DNA of 64,000 nucleotides from NCBI GenBank assembly GCA_012522795.1, contig JAAYJT010000031.1, forward strand, positions 9,398 through 73,397, written 5' to 3'. The notes beneath the pieces are model-generated. The model was given only the letters and a program-made list of their open reading frames with translations. It searched no databases and was not told where the DNA came from. The position numbers and the translations under genes are program-made. Positions 39,633 through 48,873 of this stretch are shown one piece after another. This stretch comes from Bacteroidales bacterium (GTDB lineage Bacteria; Bacteroidota; Bacteroidia; Bacteroidales; JAAYJT01). How positions within the stretch are numbered: position 1 is the first letter of the stretch; the number at the start of each line of letters is the position of its first letter.

Positions 39633-39654
39633 ATTTTGTAAATACAAATCGTAT
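39633..39654. repeat. second copy of the 22-bp motif ATTTTGTAAATACAAATCGTAT
   Basis: 21/22 identical to 31613-31634; first 12 bp are the exact reverse complement of 39497-39508. Confidence 0.7.
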
Positions 39655-39737
39655 AACACCCATTAACTGTTAAAAAAACAATAGATATAAATAACGACTT
39701 TTAGTTACTTTCGCAAGCTCAAACCATTTAGAATAAG

Positions 39738-41804
39738 ATGAAGGTCCTAATAAGGTATTTGAAAAAGAACTCACTGATACTATCCCGTATTTCGCTGTTT
39801 TTGCTTGCAGCAGCAATAATAGTAGTCATGTTTCCAAAAGAAGGGAAATTCAGATATGAATATCAGCGTGGTAAGCCATGGATGCATGAAGCTCTGATTG
39901 CTCCTTTCGATTTCCCTATCCTTAAAACCGAAGCTGAACTTTTGCAAGAAGAGGAAACAGTGCTTAAAACACTCAAACCCGTTTTTGTAATTGATGAAAC
40001 TGGTTCAAATAATTCAAGAAAAAAACTTATTGCCGAACTTCAGAAAAAAGCCGGTGAATACGAATGGAACTCAAATGAGTTTGCAAAAATTGAATCGAGG
40101 GTTTTAGGCGCGTATGACTCGGTGATGAATATTGGAATTATTCAGATGAACCCGGTAATTGAGAATAAACCTGATGATTTTCTGGTAATATTGTTAAAAG
40201 AAAACCGTGCCATAGAACGTGAATTAAGATCTTTTCTTACCATCCAATCGGCTGATACTTTCTTAAGGTCACATCTGTCAGTATCAAATAGAATAGCTGA
40301 TTCTGAAGTAGTTATCAATGTTTTAGAAAATCATTTGATACAAAACATACTTTTTGAACCGGACATCACCGAAAGAGGAAAGCAAAACTTAATTAAAAAA
40401 ATATCCCTTGCTCATGGCATGGTTCAAAAAGGTGAGCGTATTATTTCAAAAGGTGAGCTGGTAAACTCTGAAAGATATCAAATTCTGGAATCATTTCGCA
40501 AAGAATATGAAAATCAGGTTGGTGGTTCAGCTGCTTATATTGGCATAATTGTAGGACAAAGCATCCTGGTGATTATTGCTCTGACGGTATTTTTACTTTT
40601 TCTTGTTTTTTTTAGGAATGAAATATACCATCAAAATAAAATGGTAGTTTTCATGCTACTCATAATAGTTTTAATGGTTAAGGTTTTAAGCTTTATGGCA
40701 AAAAACCATCTTACCTATATTTATCTTGTGCCTTTATGTCTGGTTCCGATTATCATAAGCATTTTCACTGATACCCGTCTGGCGTTATTTGTGCATCTGG
40801 TTACAATTTTCATAACAGGATATCTGGTTCCAAACAGTTTTGAGTTTGTTTTCCTGCAACTGATAGCGGGCATAATTGCTATACTGAGTGTGATAAACCT
40901 GTATAAGCGCTCGCAGTTTGTAAAAAGTATAATATTGATTTTTCTAACCTATGTTGCTGTTTATACAGGTATGAACCTGATGAGTGAGGGCAATTTTTTA
41001 GCTTTGGAACCTAATATGTTTATCATGTTTGGAGGCAGTGCTATGCTTACTCTGCTTGCTTATCCACTAATTTATATATTTGAAAGATTGTTTGGATTTA
41101 CAACCGACTTAACTCTGCTTGAGCTTTCTGACACTAATAACAAACTGTTACGTGAACTGGCAGAAAAAGCTCCGGGCACTTTTCAGCACTCACTCCAGGT
41201 TGCAAGCATTGCTGAAGAACTTACACGCGAAGTTGGTGGAAATCCTTTGCTGGTTCGAACCGGTGCCCTTTATCACGATATTGGAAAAACACATAATCCG
41301 CAATATTTTATTGAGAACCAGATAACCGGAGTGAACCCGCATGATGAACTCAGTTATGAAGAAAGCGCAAGGATCATCATCAGGCATGTTATCGAGGGTA
41401 TTGAACTGGCACGTAAATATAAGCTTCCGGAAATATTGATTGACTTTATCAGAACTCATCATGGAACGCGTCGTACTGCTTATTTTTTCCAGATGCACAA
41501 GAATAATAATCCGGATGCAATGATCAATGAAGATGCATTTAAATACCACGGACCTATACCATTTTCACGCGAAACAGCAGTTGTAATGATGGCCGATTCG
41601 GTAGAAGCAGCTTCACGCAGTATTAAAAAACCTGATCAGCAGAAAATAGATGATCTGGTTGAAAACATCATCAACAAACAGTTAGGGGATAATCAGTTTG
41701 ATAATTCGCCAATAACCCTGCGTGATATTACAAAGATAAAAAAGGTGTTGAAACGCAAACTGATGAATATATATCATGTCAGAATTGAGTATCCGGTATC
41801 CTGA
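39738..41804 (+). CDS. 7TM-HDIG phosphohydrolase (PgpH-like cyclic-di-AMP phosphodiesterase family)
   Basis: extracellular domain, 7 TMs, APGTFQHS, YHDIGK, THHGT, MMADSVEAA. Confidence 0.88.
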   Translation: MKVLIRYLKKNSLILSRISLFLLAAAIIVVMFPKEGKFRYEYQRGKPWMHEALIAPFDFPILKTEAELLQEEETVLKTLKPVFVIDETGSNNSRKKLIAELQKKAGEYEWNSNEFAKIESRVLGAYDSVMNIGIIQMNPVIENKPDDFLVILLKENRAIERELRSFLTIQSADTFLRSHLSVSNRIADSEVVINVLENHLIQNILFEPDITERGKQNLIKKISLAHGMVQKGERIISKGELVNSERYQILESFRKEYENQVGGSAAYIGIIVGQSILVIIALTVFLLFLVFFRNEIYHQNKMVVFMLLIIVLMVKVLSFMAKNHLTYIYLVPLCLVPIIISIFTDTRLALFVHLVTIFITGYLVPNSFEFVFLQLIAGIIAILSVINLYKRSQFVKSIILIFLTYVAVYTGMNLMSEGNFLALEPNMFIMFGGSAMLTLLAYPLIYIFERLFGFTTDLTLLELSDTNNKLLRELAEKAPGTFQHSLQVASIAEELTREVGGNPLLVRTGALYHDIGKTHNPQYFIENQITGVNPHDELSYEESARIIIRHVIEGIELARKYKLPEILIDFIRTHHGTRRTAYFFQMHKNNNPDAMINEDAFKYHGPIPFSRETAVVMMADSVEAASRSIKKPDQQKIDDLVENIINKQLGDNQFDNSPITLRDITKIKKVLKRKLMNIYHVRIEYPVS

Positions 41805-41851
41805 TTATTTTATTCCGGATATCCTAATTCCGGGATCATAGTTCATATTTC

Positions 41852-44785
41852 TTATTCGATGATCACTTCATCAATAAATAACCACGCCTTACCACCTGCA
41901 CCCAGATGCCAATCGGGGATAGTACCAAAATTTTTGGCAATGATTTTCACATATCGTCCGGTAGTATTTACCTTAGTACCCAGATCTTTCCGTACAGGAG
42001 TATAGTCATCAAATGCAACAGCGCTGGGAACTTGTGCGATCTGACGATATTTTTCACCATCTTCTGAAACAAAGAATGTCACTTCTTTTGGCATCCATAT
42101 CCATGAGCGTATTTCCTGAAAAAATCCTGCTGCAACATAATGTATTGCCTGTTTATTACCCAGATCAACAACGCATTCAAAATCAACGCCACTATAGCCC
42201 TGCCAGCCGCCAAGTCTGAAATTCTTTTCACCCCTTAATCCGTCAATTAGGGCTTCAGGTCCTCCAGCATGATAATTGGCATCAAGCGGAGGCTTGATTT
42301 CAATTCTACGATTGATATCAATTTTTGTGAAATTGCCTTCAACCTGACTACTAAAACCATATCCTTCTTTCCAGGCACGTGCAGTGATAGTAGTTGTTTT
42401 GTCAAGCATAATGGGTTCGGAATAAACAAAAGATTCAAGATTCGGAAGTGTTCCGTCAGTGGTATAATATATTTTACAATCCGGTATCAGGGTTTTAATT
42501 TCAACTGTAACAGGCTCGCGAATGATTGCCCCTTCGGCAATCAAATACGGAACCGGCAAGATAATCTCATCATTTATATAGGTCATTGGTATATCTTCAT
42601 CGCGGGTCCCCCAGTTCTTTCCGGGTTGTTTGCCCATTTCGAAACTCATATTTCCACCTTTCATTATATCATTATGAGTAATGAACGATTTGCTGTAATT
42701 CTGTCCATTTAGTTTAGCCGATTGGATATAAAAATTATTTTTTGAAACCTTGTTGGCATGAATTGTAAACACATTTCCATTTTCAAGTTCGATCTCTATT
42801 TGCGAAAACCATGGTGTTCCAATAATATAATCAAGCTGACCCGGTGTAACCGGATAAAAACCCATAGCACTCATTACCAGCCATGCCGACATTTGCCCGC
42901 AATCTTCGTTTCCGCTTAATCCATCGGGATGAGGGGTATAGAAATCATCCATGATCTGTCGTACGCGCTGCTGGGTTTTCCAGGGTTGGTTCAGAAAATT
43001 ATACAAATATGCCATATGATGACTCGGTTCGTTACCCTGGGCATACTGACCGATAAGTCCGGTAATATCTTTCATATCCCTTCCTGAAATACGGTCTCCT
43101 GTTTCGAAAAGTTCGTCAACACGATTTAACAATTTCTCCTTGCCACCATGAAATTCAATAAAACCATTGATATCCTGCGGAACATAAAAGCTGTAATGCC
43201 ATGAGTTGGCTTCTGTGAAATGCCAGTCAACAGTTGTGGGGTCAAATGGGGTTAGCCATGAACCATTAAGTCGTGGACGCATGAACCGGGTTTCGGGGTC
43301 AAAAATATTTTTCCATGATTGCGCCCTGCGTATATATTCACGATAAATATCGTCGTGACCCAGATCACGTGCCATCACGGCAATACACCAGTCATTATAC
43401 GCATATTCAAGAGTTTTTGAAATAGATTCATGCTCTTTATTACCCGGTATATATCCGTATTTTTGATAAACATCCAAACCAAAATGATCTTGTGTGGCAC
43501 TATGCAGCATGGCTTTAAGAGCTTTTTCGCCATCAAAATCGCGTAAGCCTTTCATCCACGCATCTGCAATTACTGAAATACTGTGATTACCAATCATGCA
43601 CCAGGTTTCGTTAGCGGCAAGCTCCCACACAGGCAGCAATCCACCCTTTTCATACATATTTAACATTGTTTTTATGAAATCGTCGGAGCGTTTTTGCTCA
43701 ATGATAGTCATTAATGGGTGCCACGCCCTGTATGTATCCCAAAGTGAGAACACGGTATAATTTGTGAAATCTTCGGCTGTATGTATCTGCTTATCAATGC
43801 CACGATAGCGGCGGTCAACATCCATAAATATATTTGGCTGCAGGAAAGAGTGGTACAACGCAGAATAAAACACAGTGTACTGATCATCAGTTCCACCTTT
43901 CACCCTGATTTTACTCAATTCATTATTCCATGCATCATAGCTGCTTTTTCTAATTCCTTCAAAACCCCATTCAGGGATCTCAGCTACAAGGTTTTTATAT
44001 GCACCTTCGGGATCTACTGCCGAAAGAGCTACTTTAATTTCTATAACTTCATCCTTAGCAGTTTCAAATTCGACAAAAGCCTTAATATTCTGACCTTCAG
44101 CTCTGGAAGTTTCCGGAACTATAACATCATTTACAGTAATTCCTGTTTGTGAAAAAGGCTTTGAGAACACCATGTGGAAATACCAAACCATGTTGTCAGC
44201 CCAGTTCTTTGAACGTCTCATACCTCGTATTTCAGTATCGCTCAATATTTCAATCCATGATTCGAGAACATGGTCACGATGTTTGAGGTCAATAATGAAT
44301 TTAGCAGCATCACTGGCAGGGAAAGTGTAACGATGATAACCAACACGGCTAGTTACTGTCATTTCGGCAAGTACACTGGGCTTATCGAGAAACACCTTAT
44401 AATAGCCGGCTTCAGCTTTTTCATTTGATTTTTTAAACGGTGAGCTGTACTCCGAATTATCAAAAACAGGCACACCAAGCACAGGCATTATCAGAATATC
44501 GCCATAATCGCTTACACCAGTTCCGCTAAGTGCAGTATGAGCAAAACCATATATAACACTGTCTGTATAATGATAACCCGAACAGCCATCCCAACCGTCA
44601 AGTCTTGTTTGAGGTGTGAGCTGAACCATGCCGAATGGAGTTGCTGCACCGGGATAAGTGTGGCCGTGAGCATCAGTACCTATAAAAGGATTAACATATG
44701 ATACTGGTGCAGCAGGTTCTTTTTCTGTTTGACAGGCATTCAGAAATACTACTACCAATATTAACATAAGGAATATTCTTTTCAT
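41852..44785 (-). CDS. GH92 alpha-mannosidase lipoprotein with Fn3-associated and discoidin domains
   Basis: VNPFIGT...HTYPGA, FSLWDTYR, CMIGNH, TEAN, GNEPSHH, GNEDCGQMSAW; IYYTTDGT; C-terminal WLFIDEV. Confidence 0.93.
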   Translation of the reverse strand: MKRIFLMLILVVVFLNACQTEKEPAAPVSYVNPFIGTDAHGHTYPGAATPFGMVQLTPQTRLDGWDGCSGYHYTDSVIYGFAHTALSGTGVSDYGDILIMPVLGVPVFDNSEYSSPFKKSNEKAEAGYYKVFLDKPSVLAEMTVTSRVGYHRYTFPASDAAKFIIDLKHRDHVLESWIEILSDTEIRGMRRSKNWADNMVWYFHMVFSKPFSQTGITVNDVIVPETSRAEGQNIKAFVEFETAKDEVIEIKVALSAVDPEGAYKNLVAEIPEWGFEGIRKSSYDAWNNELSKIRVKGGTDDQYTVFYSALYHSFLQPNIFMDVDRRYRGIDKQIHTAEDFTNYTVFSLWDTYRAWHPLMTIIEQKRSDDFIKTMLNMYEKGGLLPVWELAANETWCMIGNHSISVIADAWMKGLRDFDGEKALKAMLHSATQDHFGLDVYQKYGYIPGNKEHESISKTLEYAYNDWCIAVMARDLGHDDIYREYIRRAQSWKNIFDPETRFMRPRLNGSWLTPFDPTTVDWHFTEANSWHYSFYVPQDINGFIEFHGGKEKLLNRVDELFETGDRISGRDMKDITGLIGQYAQGNEPSHHMAYLYNFLNQPWKTQQRVRQIMDDFYTPHPDGLSGNEDCGQMSAWLVMSAMGFYPVTPGQLDYIIGTPWFSQIEIELENGNVFTIHANKVSKNNFYIQSAKLNGQNYSKSFITHNDIMKGGNMSFEMGKQPGKNWGTRDEDIPMTYINDEIILPVPYLIAEGAIIREPVTVEIKTLIPDCKIYYTTDGTLPNLESFVYSEPIMLDKTTTITARAWKEGYGFSSQVEGNFTKIDINRRIEIKPPLDANYHAGGPEALIDGLRGEKNFRLGGWQGYSGVDFECVVDLGNKQAIHYVAAGFFQEIRSWIWMPKEVTFFVSEDGEKYRQIAQVPSAVAFDDYTPVRKDLGTKVNTTGRYVKIIAKNFGTIPDWHLGAGGKAWLFIDEVIIE

Positions 44786-44854
44786 TTTTAAAAATTTAAA
44801 TGTTAAATGATTGAATAATAATTACTAATCTATCATTGTAAAATTTAATGTTGC

Positions 44855-47401
44855 TCAATTTAAAGAATGCGTTTTCAACTGTTCTTCAAAATCATTTTTA
44901 TCCAGAGTGGAATTACAAAAAACGTTTTTCTGAACGCCTGGCCATAAATGGAAGAAATTATCATCAAACCAGGTATGGCTATCAGTAAGATACAGCTGAA
45001 GATGAGCTACGAACACATCACTTGTAAGGCTTATATTATAACCTCCCTCAGTTTTATGTATCTCTTTTGTAATTTTTGGTTTTTCAAGTTTCAATGAACC
45101 AAGTTTTTCAAAGAATTTACTGTTAGTATATACTTTCCCGTCATGATCGGTAAAAACGACTTCAATGATATGAGAAGCAGCATCTTTGCCTGACAATATT
45201 TCATTCAATGGTTTTATAAGAACCTTTTGCGAACTGTTAGCCTGAACATTTATTTCCTTATCGAAGAAAACATTGTGTTCTCCGTTAAAGTTGACAACAG
45301 CGGCAGAAAGCTTCCCTCCCGTTTCCTGCAATCTGTCAGAAACCACGTAGATCTCGCAATTACCTTCATTTAAAATAAGCGACACAAGTATATCTTCATA
45401 AAGCTGCCTTGCTCTGTACTGCAATGCTTTCCAGTCGCCGTTCACATCAGTTCCTGACCAGCTCACAACAGGCCAGCAATCGTTGAGCTGCCAGTAAAGT
45501 GTGCCCATACAATATGGTTTAGCCCTGCGCTGTGCTTCAATTGCCATTCCAACACCGTGAGCCTGAACCAACTGACTGTTGTATATATAGCCACTAAATG
45601 ATGATGAACGAAGATTTTCACGGTTAATATACAGGTCTATGGTCTGATAACCTGCTGAATTCCTTTGGTGGCATTGAAGCATCTCAGAAAAGAGAAAAAC
45701 ATCCTCCTGTGTCTGTATTCCTCTCAAAGTTGCCAATGATGGCATAGCCTGAAATCCAAATTCACTCATAAAGCGTGGTACTTTCTCAATATATTTCTCA
45801 AAGGGTTCCTGCCCCCACCACACACCCCAATAATGTGCACTTCCGTGGGTCATACTCTGTTTTCTGCCCCACCCGTACATTGGTGAAGTAGACTGATAGA
45901 ACCTGCCCGGATCATAATCAGCAACAGTTTGAGGTAATAAATCGCGAAATACTCTTTTATAACCTTCCCAAATCTTTGCAGAGTCTTCCTTATTTATTTT
46001 ATATGTTTTTTGCCATTGCCAGTTGTGCCATCCCTCATCCGATTCATTATTTCCACACCATAAAGCAAGGCAGGTATTATTTCTCAGCCGGTTTATCTGT
46101 TCTATTGCCTCCTGCCTTACATTTTCAACAAAATTATCATCGCCCGGATACATTGAACAGGCAAACATAAAATCCTGCCACACCAAAATACCATTACGGC
46201 TACAGAGTTCATAAAAAATGTCTCTCTCATAAATACCACCACCCCACACACGAAGCATATTCATATTTGTTTTCACCGCACGCTCAACAATCTCTTTGTA
46301 ATCGTCTTCGTTTGGTTCTGTTACAAAGCTGTGCTGAGGAATATAATCAGCGCCCTTAATATAAAGCGGTACTCCGTTCAGCCTGACATAAAGAGATTTT
46401 CCATACTCATCATTCTCATTTACAACTTCTATGGTTCGAACACCATAAGGAATATGCTTCTTCCATATATTTCCGGAATTTGTTTTCAACTCAAAACACA
46501 GTTCATACATATGTGGGTTTCCCAAACCATTAGTCCACCATAAAACAGGGTCATTTATTGAGAACCCGACTTCATATTTTTGTTTTTCAGGGCTTAACTG
46601 CAATTTTTCATTAAACAACACTTTTCCGCTGTTACGTTCAGTAATTATAAACCGTGCTTGCTCGTTAATTTCTGAATTAACCATAAGTTCAGCACTTATA
46701 GCAGCTTGTTTTTCGTTTACCTGTGTTGTAAAAAGCTGTATGTCGAAAGGGTGATGTTTATCCCAGGTTTCAAGATAAACAGGTTTCCATATGCCGGCCG
46801 TAATAAATTTAGGGCCCCAATCCCATCCAAAATGATATGCTGCCTTTCTTGAAAGGTTCCAGCGACCATCCGGAAGCGGATAGCCCAGAGCAGCAGAATC
46901 CTGCAGGTATCTGTTTTCAGCAGATTCAAAAACAATTTCAATCCGGTTTTCACCTTTTTTCAGATATTCTTTGCAATCTACCTGCCATTTACGGAACATA
47001 TTATTGGTTTCCAGAATTTTTTCATCATTCAGAAATATTCGGGCATAGGTGTCAAGACCTTCAAAAACCAGATTAATGTGAGATTTATTCAGAAGTTTAT
47101 GATCAGCCTTAAAAGTTGTACGATAAACCCAGTTGCTACGCCCTATCCATTGCAAATCCCTTTCATTACAACCATAAAATGGATCAGGAATCAGATTGTT
47201 TTTAAATAAATCAGTATGAACCGTGCCGGGGACTACTGCCGGATGCCAGGTTGAGTTCTCTTCATCTGCCTGACGAAACTGCCAGTTGTCGTGTAATGAA
47301 AATTTCTCGACAAGTTTTTTATCATCTTCTTTTTTACAAGCTGTAAACAGAAAACTTGAGAATATAAAAAAAATGAAAATTTGTTTCAATGTTGGTACCA
47401 T
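44855..47401 (-). CDS. GH2 beta-mannosidase lipoprotein
   Basis: FEGLDTYA, FGWDWGP, NMLRVWGGG, WQDFMFAC, WCGNNE, SEFGFQ, YWQLNDCWP; lipobox FTAC followed by KKEDD. Confidence 0.93.
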   Translation of the reverse strand: MVPTLKQIFIFFIFSSFLFTACKKEDDKKLVEKFSLHDNWQFRQADEENSTWHPAVVPGTVHTDLFKNNLIPDPFYGCNERDLQWIGRSNWVYRTTFKADHKLLNKSHINLVFEGLDTYARIFLNDEKILETNNMFRKWQVDCKEYLKKGENRIEIVFESAENRYLQDSAALGYPLPDGRWNLSRKAAYHFGWDWGPKFITAGIWKPVYLETWDKHHPFDIQLFTTQVNEKQAAISAELMVNSEINEQARFIITERNSGKVLFNEKLQLSPEKQKYEVGFSINDPVLWWTNGLGNPHMYELCFELKTNSGNIWKKHIPYGVRTIEVVNENDEYGKSLYVRLNGVPLYIKGADYIPQHSFVTEPNEDDYKEIVERAVKTNMNMLRVWGGGIYERDIFYELCSRNGILVWQDFMFACSMYPGDDNFVENVRQEAIEQINRLRNNTCLALWCGNNESDEGWHNWQWQKTYKINKEDSAKIWEGYKRVFRDLLPQTVADYDPGRFYQSTSPMYGWGRKQSMTHGSAHYWGVWWGQEPFEKYIEKVPRFMSEFGFQAMPSLATLRGIQTQEDVFLFSEMLQCHQRNSAGYQTIDLYINRENLRSSSFSGYIYNSQLVQAHGVGMAIEAQRRAKPYCMGTLYWQLNDCWPVVSWSGTDVNGDWKALQYRARQLYEDILVSLILNEGNCEIYVVSDRLQETGGKLSAAVVNFNGEHNVFFDKEINVQANSSQKVLIKPLNEILSGKDAASHIIEVVFTDHDGKVYTNSKFFEKLGSLKLEKPKITKEIHKTEGGYNISLTSDVFVAHLQLYLTDSHTWFDDNFFHLWPGVQKNVFCNSTLDKNDFEEQLKTHSLN

Positions 47402-47402
47402 A

Positions 47403-48581
47403 TTACTTTTTACTTGTTTTTAAAGCTATAAATAAAATGTAAAGAACACATGCCGCCGGAACCAAAAATCCGAGCAAAACATTAATATCAGCCACTTTAC
47501 CTGTAATGGGAGGTATCACGGCACCACCAACAATTGCGGTTACCATCAATCCTGAAAGTTCATTGGCACGGGCAGGTAAAGCATCAACTGTGATCGAGAA
47601 GATCAAAGGGAACATATTTGCAAATCCCAAACCTATGAGGAAGATTCCGGCAAAGGCAATATATTGGCTTCCAAAGAATAACATCAGCATACCAAGCATT
47701 GAGAGTACAACTGTGTAAACAAGGAACTTCCCTGCCTTTACACTTCGCAGAATAAATGCCCCTGATAAACGACCTATGAATATTGGCAGGAAAAATAATG
47801 CCCATGCCAGCCATAAACCAAAATTACTAATACCATAAGCCTTTTTCATTAAAATTGGAACCTGAGCACTCATTGAAACTTCAGCACCTACGTATAAAAA
47901 TATTCCGAGTACCATCATAAGCACAAACGGATTCTTCAGTAAAGCAAGGCTGGAAGCTAATGAAGCAGGGCTTGCATCATCGGTTTTCCTTTCAGTAATA
48001 TTAATGGATTGTATCCATATAAGAGTAATAAGAAGAATCAAAGCAAACAAAGGAAAAAGAACAGTCCAGTCCATTCCAAACCATAAAGCTACTGCCGGTG
48101 GTACAAGGAATCCAAGCGAAGACCCAATAGCTTTTATTGACTGAGCCAGCGAAAGGTTGCTTGAATATTTACCTTCAGTAGAAACATCACGCATTATTGG
48201 GTTTCCTGCTACCTGTAAGGTTGTAGCACCAGCCCCAAGCAGAAAAATCGAGGCAAACAGGGTATATAGCTTCATTGCTGACTGTGAGCCATCTTGTACC
48301 GGGGCGCCATACATCCCAAACAGAATAGGTATGATTAATCCTATGAGAGCTATTGTCAATCCCATTGAGAGCACATATTTCTTTCCTTTTTTATCCTGAA
48401 AAACTCCCAAAGGAATGGACAATATACCAAACATAATAAATCCACTGGTAGTCATAAGTGATGCAACAAAATTTGACACCTGAAAAGTCTCCTCAACCAG
48501 CGAAACCAATGGTCCAACAACATCGCCAAATCCCATAGCCAGGAATGCAAGAAAAATTGGAAAAGTTTTGTTCTTTGTCAT
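47403..48581 (-). CDS. MFS sugar transporter (FucP/GluP-like)
   Basis: 12-TM pattern, LQVAGNP, FLYVGAEV, AIVGGAVIP. Confidence 0.85.
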   Translation of the reverse strand: MTKNKTFPIFLAFLAMGFGDVVGPLVSLVEETFQVSNFVASLMTTSGFIMFGILSIPLGVFQDKKGKKYVLSMGLTIALIGLIIPILFGMYGAPVQDGSQSAMKLYTLFASIFLLGAGATTLQVAGNPIMRDVSTEGKYSSNLSLAQSIKAIGSSLGFLVPPAVALWFGMDWTVLFPLFALILLITLIWIQSINITERKTDDASPASLASSLALLKNPFVLMMVLGIFLYVGAEVSMSAQVPILMKKAYGISNFGLWLAWALFFLPIFIGRLSGAFILRSVKAGKFLVYTVVLSMLGMLMLFFGSQYIAFAGIFLIGLGFANMFPLIFSITVDALPARANELSGLMVTAIVGGAVIPPITGKVADINVLLGFLVPAACVLYILFIALKTSKK

Positions 48582-48797
48582 AATTGAATTGGTTTTAATG
48601 ATGATTTCTGAAATTTAATATAAAGCACTTCTTATTTGTACTGATTTTCTTGAATAAGATCCTTTGTCTTTTTCCAGGTCATGACACTAATGTGGTTTTC
48701 ATTGCTTTAATGTTGACATTAATGCAAATCACGATTTTAAAATATCAGGAATTCACTTCCGTTTAAAGTCATTATTAACACGTTTTTTAATTCGCTA

Positions 48798-48805
48798 CAA
48801 AGATA
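48798..48805 (-). promoter_or_regulatory. sigmaA -7 element TATCTTTG for MFS-GH2-GH92
   Basis: TAnnTTTG about 215 nt upstream of the MFS start. Confidence 0.5.
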
Positions 48806-48873
48806 TTAATAAGCTACAACGGTTTAGCCAAATAAGAAAATTGCAGTAAAGCTCAACAGGGTTTTATTCAAGA

